Below are positions 39,423 through 53,218 of a DNA stretch of 64,000 nucleotides, piece by piece. How positions within the stretch are numbered: position 1 is the first letter of the stretch; each line of letters opens with the position of its first letter. The notes under the pieces are model-generated. The model saw nothing but the letters and a program-made list of their open reading frames with translations, did no database searches and had not been told where the DNA came from. The stretch comes from Thalia democratica. Lineage: Eukaryota. The stretch covers positions 70,122,001 to 70,186,000 of the forward strand of contig OZ241830.1 of assembly GCA_965202585.1 (NCBI GenBank), given 5' to 3'. The position numbers and the translations under genes are program-made.

Positions 39423-42149
39423 TTGTGACGTCATAATACTAAAGATAAGCGGTGCTGGCACTGCATTATTTGATTTGAACATTTTTTGGAACAATTTCAT
39501 GAATCTTTTTGCTCTTTATGTTGTTTTGTTAGTTTCTACTTTTCATTAATTAAGTATACCACTCTTTTTATGATAGTTTTATATTTTTTTATGATTAAAT
39601 TGAGTGTAAAAGTAGACCTTTATCGAATTAAAAAAAGAGATTACTAGTTTCACTCATATCTTTTTGTTCGCTTACTGTTAAACTTTCTTGGAAACTAAAG
39701 ATAAAATGTATAAAAAATTAAACAAAATACCCCAAATCTGCTTGACCATAAGTTGATTTTTAGTTTTTCATCTACCTTTTGTACTTTTGAGCAAAACTTT
39801 TAAGTATATAATTAAATTACGCTTTTTTATGTTAAGTTGTGCTTATATTTAAGAAAATTGTTTTTAAATACTGTTCACTCTAGTTTCAACGAGTATTTAA
39901 AGACTAAATATAAATGCTTTGATAAATTTTTATGCTAAACTTTTTGGATAGTTTTTTTAAAAACTCTACTGAACATAATACGTAAACATTGTTGTGAAAA
40001 AGAAAAATGTAATATTTTTAGATTAAATTTAATTTTTAACTAGAATTTAGTTTTTGTTATTTTTTGTTTTATTAATTAAACTTAATATGTTTTGTTTTTA
40101 TCAAAGATTCTAACTCATATGTGTTGTGACTATAAATAATAAAATGCAGTAAAAAGTAAACAACTTACAGTAAAATGACTCATCCTGTTTTTAATTCGTT
40201 TCTTTTATAAACTTTTAAATAAATTATAGTAAAAATATCTTTGATTTTTTTGTTTAATTTTCAGTAGTTGTTAAGACCTGGTCTAGTTTAAAGTTAGCTA
40301 AATTTTCAACTAACAAGTTTTAGAACAAGATACTTTTAAATTTCACAATAAAAAAAAGACTTTTTGTTCACATGACAACCAACCTTGTTATTTTATTACA
40401 ACTCATTTGTTTCAGTATTCTTACATACTGATTTTTGTACGTTGAAAAAAATATCAAAGTATTTTAATTAGATACGTGTTATGGCAAGACAACTAAATTT
40501 CTAGACGCATCAAAATCGAAGCAATATTCTTAATTTATAATAACTATGTTGTTTGTTTGTAGTTTTTAATTTCACTCTACTATGTAACAAGCTTTTATAG
40601 AGACTAAATTTTTAAAATAAACTAGTAAATGTATTTTTTGTATCTAAATTAATGTTTCCAAAACTCATTTACGTTATCGCCAACTAGGCAGAAGTTTAAA
40701 AATAATCGTGCCCTTTATTAGATGTTGCACATACTAGTTAATTATTCAGTTAGTTTTTGTTCACCTTACAGGTTAAAATTGCCCATTTTAATTATTAGTA
40801 GATTTTAAATAAAATTACAAAAACTCTCATCTAGCACGCAGGTGCATTGTTAGGCATTATAATTAATGACATCAGAATAATGATAACATGTGATCTCTGG
40901 AGCGAAAGTAATAATAACTTCTAACTTTACATTAGATTTTAAATGTTAAATTTATATAAACAAGTATACCGCCCAGTTTTGATTCTGCAGCTGGCTTTTC
41001 TAGTTAAGGAACAGCTGACAAGTTGTTTGAGTTGAGGTTAACATAATGTTAAAAATCTTTACCTGCACTGTTTTTAAATAAATTTTCAATGAGAAAACAA
41101 CCTTAGTATAAACTGTAATTAGAAGTTGTTTAAAAACAGCAAAACTTTTATTAAGTTACTATATATCCTCAGAAGTTTTCATTCGCTTAAACTACATAAA
41201 TAGGTATTTAAAAAAATTAAATCGTAGTAGAGCTTGTACTTAAAGTTTTGAAATATATAATGACTTTCTAATTTCTACTTATAAAATGCATACATCAAAT
41301 TAAAAAAATCTTTAATGAAGTTAAGTAATATGAAGTTTTTGTCTGTATTAAAAGAAAGTAGTATTCTTACTTATTTACTGAGTAAGGAACCTTCTTTTGT
41401 TTATGTATGTTTTGGTATCACAACCTTTATAAAGTATAAAGCATACAATTAATTTAAGTTATTTGAATAAGTTTAATAAGTTAGGTAAAAGTAGGTATAT
41501 TTAAAATACTTTACTAAAATTTTTTAAATGTTTTACTTAAACTATAATAATAATTTATTTTAGTAATTGTTGTTGAATTATTTTTTTGATTTCTTAGCTC
41601 ATGAAAATAGTTTAGGTTACTAGTATTTACAACAATGAAGAATAACACTTTTTTTAAAGTTTATAAAAATGCAGTTTATACTGCAGTCAGTTTGAATAGT
41701 TTATATTTTTATACGCAGTAGGCTGTTTAAAATACTTATATATAAAGTTGATATACAACGTTCTCTGGAAAAAATAAATATGTTATTCTATGATTAAAAG
41801 GTTCTAATAAACATTTTTATTTAAATAGTACCAATGATTTGTGGTGACAAATCTTTTGATGTTTTAGTAATCAACTAGTATATTATTAAAATAAAACATA
41901 TCCTGAATATATATATATAATAGTAAAAAAAAAGTTTAAATTTATTCTTTTTTTATACTTAACTTCAATTAATAACTTAACTGGTTTTAAAAAAATGTTT
42001 TAGAACAAAAAAACCTTTTTCAGTTAAATTTACTTCAAAAAAATTGACTAATTTGAAAACTGAAAAAAAAAATTAATTAAAAAAAATATATTAAAAGTTT
42101 ACTTGTACGGTTTTGATTAACACTTAACTTTTTTCAGCAATATATAAAA

Positions 42150-45100
42150 AACATGCTATCTAGTTTAAAAAACTTAGCAGAAGTTTAAGTGATCAGTTTT
42201 CTGTTTTGTATCAAAATAGATATTGTGGTCAGGAAGACTTTACTATTGCTGTGTTTAATTTTTAAAAGGTATGGCGAAAGTAAATCAAACAACAGACCTT
42301 TTCTGTTGAACAACTTTAACACTAAATGTACCCTTCCTAGCTTGCCTATACCTGAACATGGTCTTAAAGCTACTTCTAGTGGTTCTAATATTATGTGTTA
42401 AGTCAGCTTGAAGATCGCAGTTCCTCCGCCTTTATAAAGTATTCTTCTTTTACAAAAACCTCGAGAAAAATTACCTTTATTAAAAAGAATTTTATCCACC
42501 TTACTACGTGTGTGCTTTCATGCAAAAGGTTTTGTTATCTGTGGAGCTAGTAACAACAGGCCTTGTATGTTTTATGATAATCTACGTGATCAATGGACTT
42601 CTGCCGAACCTATTATAGAAAGTAGGGAAAAAGGCAGCTTGTACAATTTTTGAAGGCAAAATAGTTGTTTCAGGAGGTTCTAAGAAAACAGATCAAATTT
42701 ACCATAAAAAACTCAAATCAATTGAAGGTTATGATTTTCATGAAAATAAATGGTCCGTTTTCATAATATGCTATCACCAAGAAAAAATCATGCTGCAATT
42801 AGTATTGGCAATAAAATGTTTGTTATTGGAGGCAGTAGTTTTCTTTTATGAAGTATTTGATAGCGTCACAAGAAAAGTTCACGTATATTGAAAATGTTCC
42901 AAAATATGTGATGATTCTAGATTGCCAGTTAGTCAGCATTAGTTATAAGATTTATTTCTTCCGAAAACAAAACAAGAAAATCAATGTACTTAGTTATGAT
43001 GTCAAGAACAACCATTTTAGCTTCAAACTTCAATAGAGATAGAAAGTTTTGATAAAATTCAGCTGCATCAAGGTCCCAATGATTTAAAAGTATATTTGAA
43101 TTTACAGTACTTTTGTGACATTACAACTTAAGTGTTTCAAGGCTGGTCTTAGTAGATTTTTTGTTTTTCGTTATTTATAAATCCTTTCTTAGTTTCTATG
43201 CAATAAAGTGTTTTCGTTTACAGCTTCGTAACTTAAAAATTATGACAATAATAGTAAAAATTACAGTATAATTTAGCTATTTATTGTGAACTGCTACAAG
43301 TAACTGAAGTTTAATGTAATAAAAGTAATAATTACATTATTCTTAAATTTTTACACTACTTGGAAGGATACGATAAAATTAACTTAAATCATACCTTTAT
43401 AAATATTAAACTATAAATAGGAGTTTTGTTTTTTAAATAATTCGCTTATCGAATGTTGCTAAATTTCATTTGAAAAAGGAGTTTCTTCAGCATACATTTT
43501 GCTTTGATTTAAACTAATAAATTAAATAGATAACAGCTTCCAACCTGAACAAAAATGTATTGAATGATAAAAACATTTATATTTAGTAAAACTTCAATTC
43601 CTCATATAACTAATACTATTCTTTTTTCCTTCAACAACTCCTCCTTTTAAATAAATAATTAAAACACTCGTTAATAGTTTTTAAGTTTTTAAAGAAGTAT
43701 TTTGCTAGTATAATATTTTATTATAGATTGCCTTATAAACAACGTAGTTCCATTCGTATTAGTATTTTATTCTCTTCAATGTCACTAATATTCTAGACGA
43801 AAACGATTACTATACTAATTATAAAAATATAGGTGGATTGTTTATAAAATATTTGTAAGCAAAATTTGAAAGATCTTTCATTTGTACTCCTTGTGATTTA
43901 TAAAATTCCTATTGTGGTGATATATGTGGACGCAAAAAATTAAGTCACAAAAATTATTTCCTTGAAAAATCATATTACAACATTTAAGCACCATTATCAT
44001 ACAAGGTGTTAATATTTTATAAACAGAATACTTTAAAAATACAAATACGATTCTTATTAAAAATTTTTTCAAAGAAGATAGTGAACAAATATATATAAAA
44101 TTTCAAGACTATTTAAGTTTTAATAATTCCTAAATAATAAAGTTTGAAAATGACAAGTGTTTTTAAACAAATATAAACTACAATTAAAACCTTAAACTTA
44201 TTTTACTTAGTTCTATGAGCAATATTTTTGGTTGGTTATAACAGTTTATATAACTTAGCTTTGTGATCTTTTAAAAAAAGCTTTTATAAAGCATTCAAAT
44301 TTTCTAGTTAAGTTAAAATTTATTTTTTTTTTATTACACTAAAACTTAGTCAGTAGCAGTTCTTATATAAGTGTTTCAAATGTTTAACAAAATCAAAATA
44401 ATAGACTTAAAAAAGGCAGTAGATCTTTAAAACTTAAAATAAATAATGTAAGCTTTGCGCGCAAAATTATAAAAATCGGCGGGCCTGATTCCATTTAAGT
44501 TTTAAAACAGGCTTAAATGTTAATTTTTAGGTTAGCGGCAAATTTAAAAAATTCAAGAACAAATTTAGATAACAACTACCACGTATTAGACACAAACTAA
44601 ACTTTTTAGTTTAAGCAAAAATTAATATAATCAAGCAGTTTTAGTTTTACTAAGAAAAACATTTAAAAAAGAAAGAATTTATCTTAGAAAATTGTGTAAA
44701 ACATAACCGGAAATGTTAAATTTGCTTCCATACAAATTGTTCTAATTATCTAGTAACACATCGAACATCGAACAAAGTAATTTGATGTTCAGCTGGTCAA
44801 TATGGTGTCAGAGTTTATTTATACTCCAATGGAGTTTTATGCCAAATAACTAACTTTTATTTAGAGTTTGAGAAGTGGTTTTATAAAATTTGAAATATCG
44901 CTATGTCTTCCGATTTATTTTCATTTTACTGGTAATAAAATGCCAAGACATGCCTGCTTGCGGGTATAACTAAAATACTCCTTGAGTATATGTATATTTG
45001 ATTTGAATCTAAAATAACTGATCGACAAAAAGCAACAAGATTATATCACTAACTGGTACTTACGACTATAGGCTTTCTTTTGGCAAAGAAAACATTTAAA

Positions 45101-46330
45101 AATTGGTTTTAGTTAGCATTAAGTATTATGTAAATTATAATTTTTTACTGTTTTTATACACAATATTTTCAATGTTTATAAACTATTTTAAACTGTAGAA
45201 TGTAAATAATTAGCATTATCTTTTTTTAAAAACGTATTGTTATATGTTATCTAAAGTTAGTATGCTGTCCTAAAATTGATGTGTGTCTTAATGTTTTCAC
45301 TACTAAGACTTTCATCAATTTTATATTAAACTAACTTTTTAAAGACAGCGAACGAAACACAATTTACCACAACTTGCATTAGACTCAGTAATTATGAGTC
45401 CGTAAAATGTGCAAACAGAATACATTAACGCACTTAATTACATTCGAGTCGATATGTTGCTTGGTGATATGTTGCTTAGTAACCGCGTTGATATCGCGTT
45501 ACCATACAAAATTATACTTGAGGCTGTTACCATGAAGTTTTGCTTGCCTTATCAAGGTTTATTGGAATCTACATTTTTCGCTTTTGAAATCCTCAAACAA
45601 ACCGGTTTGCTTAAAAAGTTTTAAGTTTTGTAATATTTCGTTTAAAGGTTTTATAGAATTTTGTGTTACCTGTTAAAAATACCTACTTGAACGAGTTTTG
45701 ATAAGATTTAATTGACTCTATGTAGCTTATAACCTTATTTATTATTACTTTAAATAAGTTAGAAAACTGTATGAATTTGAGTGCTCAAAACATAAGAGCT
45801 TAATTATAAAAATTTTAGCCAACGATTGTTACCTTAGCTCACACTGTTTCTCCTAAAAGGATCTTCAGACCTTTGATGTAAATTGTAAAATAATTTTTCT
45901 ATAACCACTTTAATTTATTTTTTACTTTGATACTTATTTTTTGAACTTTTCAAAAACAAAACTGTATTTAACCCCTTTTTTTCTAACCTTTAGTAATTTT
46001 ATAAACAATGAACCGAAATTACTCTTGCTTCAACAAGTTAAAATAAAATAGAAGAAAAAACAAAAACTCAATTAAATTTTGGTTTAAAACCTTTGCAAGC
46101 AATTAAAAACGCTTCAAAAGTTTAAAACACACATATCAATGACGTCACATTTGTTATCGCAACATTCGGACTTATACAGTTGAACTTAAAAATTTACATT
46201 GTGGAAGAAAAGAAAGTGTGGCGCCATGGCTTATTATTGTTGAAGACATATCATTTTTCCAAGTAACACGGCAACTAATTCCCGACAGCTGATAAGTTGT
46301 TCACGCAGTTACGTAGGCGGAAAAACCTGT
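42150..46330 (+). repeat. Direct duplication unit: kelch pseudogene, flank and conserved elements E1/E2; matches 52245-55700 and 14570-15950
   Basis: Kelch and flank match 52245-54900; 45360-45620 matches 14580-14780 and 55460-55660; 46170-46330 matches 15770-15950. Confidence 0.85.
42153..43087 (+). pseudogene. Frameshifted paralog of the kelch gene at 52247
   Basis: Collinear with 52247-53218 from ATG (42153) to VPMI-stop (43087), but several indels and stops split it into short ORFs (42189, 42848). Confidence 0.88.
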
Positions 46331-47689
46331 TCTAAGTAAAATTAAATTTGTTGACTGATAGATTAGATGGCTTTTGAGGATGTAGTTGTGATTGATGTGA
46401 AAGTGTATATCTGCTAATACAAATATACGATGGTTCGAAGTTGTATTCAGTTTTTATTTTTTTTGTCCTTTAACTCAATTGACATTAAAAAAGCAATGTA
46501 AAGTTAGTGACATGAGCTTACTTATTACATTAAGCTTAATAAAACTGTTTGAAACTTAAAAATACAGTATAGCAGAAATGTTAAGCTTGATTCTAAATTT
46601 GAATACAAAAGCTTTATAAAACTATGTATGTAAATAAATGCTATTAAAAATATTTCTATTGTTTTGTTTTGTTATATATAAACCGTTTAGTAGTTTTTAT
46701 GAATTTATGTTTTATCAACTTATTTTTTTATCAATTAAGTTATGTAATAATTACTAATAAGACTTACTTAATATAGATCTAAAACTTTTTTTGATATATA
46801 AGTACATATAAATACAAACACATTTATTTTAATGTTTAAACAAAATTAAAACAAAAACATCGTTAGATCAAAACTATAAAAAAACTAACTGTCGCTGTCT
46901 AGTCAATATTTAAAAATAATTCTAAAAACTAAAAAATACTTATGCAAAATATGGAATGTATTTTTTCATAGTTTGAAAACTATCGTTGTAAATTAAATTG
47001 TATGTAAGAGTTTTCAAATACGAGTTTTTAAATAACATCTTAATTTTTTTGATTAACATCAATAATGTTAATTGATGAGGCTAAGAAATCTTATCCACTA
47101 AATAACTCTATGTCTTTAATACACATAAATAAAACAACAAAAAACTTTCACAAAAATATCAGTCATAGTTTCAAGTGATAACTAGTTTAAAATGAGGCTT
47201 GTTTAATGATCATTTTAAAATTAGATGTATGTCAAACGGCAATCAATAATCGCGCGACAAGATTATAGCAAAGTATAAATTAGGAATGATTTATAACTTT
47301 GTTCTTCTTCTCACTCACACTTTTCTTCAAATAAAAAGGTTGTGTGACAGATAAAGCTTTGTTTTGCTTATCTGTCTGTAGTCTCATGAATATTTCACAA
47401 CTTTAAAAAAGGAAAAATTCGTTATTGTTTTATCCGATTGCTGGTCGCATTTATCACAAACTCTATAAGTTTGACAACAAAAAGATGATAGCTTCTCTTA
47501 CTAAAAGAAACCTGATTACCGTGTGTCTTAAAACAATTAAAATGTAAAACTTTTAGTGAACGCTTAAATTAAAATATAAATAGATCCGGACGGTATTCAG
47601 TTTGTACTTTTAAGTCTTAGCAGTGGTTTACAACTACGCCCTGCAATTTAATTTGAAACTTTTTAAATTAGTTTTTTGATTCTTATTAT

Positions 47690-49200
47690 AAGGGGCTTTT
47701 TTATGCCACCAAGTTCATTCAAGCTCGCCACTACATGTAAACGATGGTTTTTTACAAGTTTCAAAAAGACTCAAATCGCTATTGTGACGTAACTTCAAAA
47801 CAGGACACTTGAGTGTGCTCGGTGGAACGTGTCAACCACTAATGATGCCGATTGTTGCTTGGCAACCTCGCTACAGATTGGGGAGGAGCAATTAAAAGGT
47901 TCCGATCTCACACACAAACCTGACGTCGGCCGACAAGCAACTTGCGACGTCGAATTGTTGCTTGTCTTTTTTTCTTAATTGCTCCTTTCCTACATTTGAA
48001 AGAATACACAAAGCATACACGGTGTATAATTCAATGAGAGAAACACCTTCTCTTAACAAAACTCGCCAAATTTTGTTACTGGAAATAATTTCATACGTCA
48101 AAAGTTGTAACGCTGCTAAATACACCGATATGGTTCACCTTATGATGTCATAATTAACACAGACGACTGCTCAACGACACCAACGGTAAACACATCACAG
48201 CTTAACAAATATAAGAAGAGTTTATAATTCTGTCACATTTTTTTGATTCAATCCGCTTGAGATGTTGTCATATTGCCATTTAGTTTGTGTGATCCTTGTT
48301 AAGTTAACTCGGGATAAAAGGAAGTTGCAGACAAGTTGCTGCTACATTGTCGTTTGCATTTGTAAGCGTTGGTATGACGTATGTAGAACACTTAACACAT
48401 TTATGGCCAAGTATAAAGTACATATAGTAGTCAAAAAATAGTTGAAAAAACATGGTTTAGGTTGAAATCATATAACAAACTAATTGATGTAATATATATA
48501 TATGAACTAGTTGATGTTTTATTCTTATTAACTAAATCCTTTTCAAAATTTAAGGTAAATGTATTATCTTAATCTTCCTATTAATAAAATTAAATTCTAC
48601 TTTGTGCCATTTCTGAGGCATATTTAGGCATATAGTCCTGGACAAGACGTTAAAAGATATCCGTGGTGTGCGACTTGATGGCCGAAAGGTTTTTGTGCCC
48701 CAGTTTTTAGTACCGAATATTTTGAGCTTCTTTTTTTTTTGTTTTTCAATAAACTATAGACCATTATTCAAAGAAAGTAAATAACTATTAAAATGTTTTT
48801 GATTTGATATTTTAAGCAAATTAAACTTGTTCGCTATGAGTTACAATAGTTTTAATTTGTTAAACTTACTTAGATAATGAGCAAATCACAAGTTCAGTGA
48901 ATGTTTTCTCTAAGAAACTTGAGTCAAGAGAAAATAAAAAAACTTTGGAGTTTTTTTGTAAAAAACAAAATTATTACCATTTGAAATTACATGATAGAAA
49001 ACTATAACATATATGTTTGTACGGCATTTAATACAATCAATTAGCATTGTTTTAAATTTCTATCTCAGTGGGCCGCCGTCGGAAATAAAGTTACGTCACT
49101 CTGAAAGTACGTCATTCCTAAATGACTTCATATCTGTTTGAGGTCATAAGTTAAATTTGTGACGATTTTTGAGATTCTAGCTAAAAGATGGCTTAATCAA
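47690..49200 (+). repeat. Direct copy of Islet B intron 2 segment 29030-30260
   Basis: 47770-47990/29130-29345, 48135-48400/29500-29740, 49070-49200/30140-30260. Confidence 0.85.
47845..47990 (+). other. Highly conserved non-coding element E8, copy 3
   Basis: Core nearly identical to copy 2; X-box at 47854-47866; the altered 3' end pairs over 16 bp with the 5' end. Confidence 0.88.
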
Positions 49201-51025
49201 CATATAGAAATCTACAGTTGAGTAATAATCGTTATTTTTCAAGCCTTACTAAAAATATTTCTTTTTTATATACTTATTTATTTATTTTCTTTCAAAAATT
49301 TTTCATAACTTAGCTTACTTATTTTAGTGTTATCTGCTGTTTATTGAGAGTTTCTGTCGATGAAATTTTTAACTAAATAATGATTATACTAAACTAAATT
49401 TAAATAAATAAATGTTAACTTCTAGTTTTACAACGGAATTACAAGAGCGTAAGAAGTAATCGATAAAGTTGATCTTTATAAAAATAAAATTGCAAAATTA
49501 CTATAACTTTTTTTGAAGTTTTAAAAGAATAAAAGTTGTTTACCAAACTTTATATAATGATATAAATAATATTCATATTGTGCTCGTAATAAAACTTAAG
49601 TTTGTTTGTAACTAATAAAAAAGTTTTATGCAGACAAGCACATATTTTAATGTAAAACTGTTTACTAACACAACCTACCATCACTTTATATATGTATTTA
49701 ATAATTAACAGTCATCTATATTGTTATCACACACACATTATCGTCTACTTCAACAAAAACATCAAAACTGTCAATTACGTTTATTGCTACACAATACATA
49801 AAACTCAAACATTAAACAGATTAAAGCAAAAATTCGTTTTTTGTTTTTCCGTAACTTGCGTCCCACGAGCTTCATTTGTAAACTAGGTTAATATTACTAA
49901 TGTTAGGAAATTTATATAATTATTACTTAACAATTATATCACGTTGATTTCTGACTATATCTTTTTATAATCTTAAAGTCAAATGATTACTAATTATTTA
50001 TATTCTATGTTCTTATAAATACTTATTATTAATATTTTAAAGCTAGAAATGTAGCAACAAAGTTGAATTAAGAATTCATTTAATTTTTTTTTCAACTAAA
50101 TAATTTAAAAATAAGTAAATTTTATATTATAAAAAGGGTCATATGTACATTATACAACTGTAAAAAAATACCTATGATACTTTTTGCTTTTAAATAACAT
50201 TAATTTATTCAATAAATCAACAAAGCGTAAATATGATAAACTGGGATCTAAAAAGTTAATTATAAAATGATAAAACTGGCTTTTATTTGAAGTCTCCTAT
50301 TCTTAAAATCTTAATATTACTTGTTTAAGTTTTTTGTTAGTCTAGTTTTAACTCCTTGCAACCTGATGTGATGATTAACAGCTTTGAATACCTTTTTATT
50401 TTGGTATCATTATTTTAAAGAATGTTTGCAGTACTAGCATGAGTTTTTAAATTCAAGGGTTTCAATATATAAAGCATCAATCTTTTAATTTTTCAAACTT
50501 CCTTTAAATTTTAGATGAATATTTTAAGTTTTACATTATATAAATTAAAAATTTTTAGACTACCTTATTTTCAAATATAGTTAAGTTTATTTTATTTTAT
50601 AATTATGTGATTAGTGTATTGCCTAAAACAGCACTTAAAAATAAAATATATTGATTCAAAAACTTTTATAGTTATTGTATTAATACTTATCAAGTTTATA
50701 CTTAAATTCTGGATTTTGATTGATCTGTTGCGTTTTAGTAATTTAGTATAATTAAACATAAAATTTCAATTAAACAAAAGTGTTACAACATCTTTTGTAC
50801 TTATACACAATCTGTAGTATATTTTATAATCATAATACGCTTAATATTGACGTAACTAATATTCAAAAGTAAATGTGTTTGTATCTTTCCAATAATTAAG
50901 ATCTATAGTGGAATATTTTTTGTGAAACTTCGTAAAGTTTTTTAACATAATTTTTTTAAAGTTTTATATACTTACAAATAAGAATAATGGATTAATCAGT
51001 TATAACTAATTTAACTATTGGGGTT

Positions 51026-51398
51026 TGAGCTGGCAACGGTTTTAGTCGGCGGCCCGAAAAGTTTAGTACTTAACAGGTTAGAAGCATTTAAATCTTATTG
51101 AACTCGTAAATATTATCTAATTTATATGAGTAAAATAATAATTAGTGATCTTTTTTTTACTTTATTAGATTTATATTTCAAATTTTCATTTAACTATGTC
51201 ACAAAGCTTTTTTTTTCTTATACTCTCGAAGTGCCTAGTGTAAACTTCAAGATTTGGTTTAGCAGTCCAGATTTAAAGGCTCGCAGGCCGCACTTTTATC
51301 TTTTTTGGGTCGGATATCTTTTAAAATTTGTGAACACCGGCAAGCTATTTTCACTCCACATGTACCACTACCCGTATGCTGTACGTTGCCCAATCCTA
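51026..51398. mobile_element. Possible hAT-type non-autonomous element remnant
   Basis: Ends gagctggcaac...gttgcccaatccta with internal ggcccg/ggccgc motifs; no target-site duplication seen. Confidence 0.3.
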
Positions 51399-52246
51399 GC
51401 ATAATCCATTAAATATATTTTAATTAGTAGTTATTATTAAAATAAATAATTTAAAACGAGGTAGACTTCTAGTAAAGTAAGTAATATTAAAAGTAGTTTA
51501 GATTGTTTGAGTAAGTTTAGTTAGCTCGATATAAATAAATAATTTTAAAACAGAGTCCTATAGTAACTACAAAATTTTAGGTACACTCAAGCTATAATGA
51601 TAAGTTTATATATATATAATAATACTATTTTATAACTTTTAAGCTCATCGAAATACTTTTGTTTAATATTGTTTGCAATTGATGAACAGTATTAAACTAA
51701 TAAAAACTAAACAAATAAAAAAATTATACAGCACTCAGTTTAAATTATTTTGAGTTTTTATAAGTAGTTAGCCGTTTATAATATCCCTAAATCAAGTTGA
51801 TATATTTTTTCTATAAAAGCACAATTTTAGTTTTTACAGCTTTTAAATAAAGGTTTAAATGAGTACCTTTATTTAATATTACTTATTAAATGAGGTAATA
51901 AAAACTAGATTTTTTCTTTATAAACAATAAGATAATTAATAGAAACATACAATGAAATTTGTTTTCACATTCTTAAAGAAACAGTAGCTAATCAGTAACT
52001 TTTTTTTTGTTTTAACAAAAATAATAATATGCTACTTCTGTTAAAAAATAGTGTTTAGTCTTAAAAATATTTTCAATAATATTAAGCTTACTTGATTCAG
52101 AAAAATGAAAATCAATAAAATTATTTAACTTTTTTAAAACTAATTAAGTTTTATTAAATCTACATATATAGATATGTAAAAATGTAAGTTAACTTTTACA
52201 GTTTTTAACCGTTGATAACGTTTTTTGTCAACTATATATTAAAAAA

Positions 52247-53218
52247 ATGACATCCAGTTTCAAAAAAGTTAGCAGAATTGTTAGTGATCAGTTTTCGGTT
52301 TTGTATCAAAATAGATATTGTGCTCAGGAAGACTTTAATATTGCTGTGTTTAATAGTAAAATGTATGGCAAAAGTAAATCAAATAACAAAGCTTTTCTGA
52401 TGAACAGCTTTAACACTAAAATGTACCTTCCTAGCCTGCCTATACCTAAACATCGTCTTAAAGCAACTTCTAGTGGTTCTGATATTTTTGTGTTAGGTCA
52501 GCTTAAAGATCGAAGTTCGTCAGCCGTTATAAAGTATTCTTCTTTTACTAAAACCTGGGAAAAATTACCTTTATTAAAAAAATTAAATCTATATTACGTG
52601 TGTGCCTTTATGCAAAAGGTCTTTGTTATCTGTGGCACTAGTTATAACAGCTATTGTATGTTTTATGATGATCAACGTGACCAATGGACTTCTACTAAAT
52701 CTATGATGATAAGTAGGGAAGAGGCAGCTTGTACAGTTTTTGAAGGCAAAATGATTGTTTCAGGAGGTTCAAGAACATTAGTTCAAAACCCAGTTAGAGA
52801 AGAGGGTCGGGTGGATCGTACTTTATATGTTTACCATCAAAAGCTCAAATCAATGGAAGGTTATGACTTTCATGAAAATAAATGGTCTCGTTTTCCTAAT
52901 ATGCTATCACCAAGAAGCAATCATGCTGCAATTAGCATTGGAAACAAAATGTTTATGATTGGAGGGAATAGTGACCATTTTGAAGTATTTGATAGTGTTA
53001 CAAGAAAGTTCACATATATTGAAAATTTTTCAAAATGGGTATGGAATCGAGATTTCCAGGTTATCAGCATTGGATATAAGATTTATTTCTTCCGAAAAGA
53101 TTACAACAGAGTAAGATTTCACAGTTATGACGTCAAGAGCAATAATTTTCGCTTCAAAACTTCGATAGAGATGAAATACTTCAAGAATATTAATTGCATT
53201 GAGGTCCCAATGATATAA
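52247..53218 (+). CDS. Intronless kelch-repeat protein, 323 aa, no BTB domain visible
   Basis: Kelch repeat signatures, e.g. SREEAACTVFEGKMIVSGG and YDFHENKW...PRSNHAAISIGNKMFMIGG...EVFD. Confidence 0.85.
   Translation: MTSSFKKVSRIVSDQFSVLYQNRYCAQEDFNIAVFNSKMYGKSKSNNKAFLMNSFNTKMYLPSLPIPKHRLKATSSGSDIFVLGQLKDRSSSAVIKYSSFTKTWEKLPLLKKLNLYYVCAFMQKVFVICGTSYNSYCMFYDDQRDQWTSTKSMMISREEAACTVFEGKMIVSGGSRTLVQNPVREEGRVDRTLYVYHQKLKSMEGYDFHENKWSRFPNMLSPRSNHAAISIGNKMFMIGGNSDHFEVFDSVTRKFTYIENFSKWVWNRDFQVISIGYKIYFFRKDYNRVRFHSYDVKSNNFRFKTSIEMKYFKNINCIEVPMI

Noticed and set aside
45409-45624. ORFs over the conserved elements (also 55447, 60822, 60841, 47892, 47962, 6342, 16721, 22962)
   Set aside because: Frames and start/stop positions are not conserved between the duplicate copies, so the conservation is non-coding
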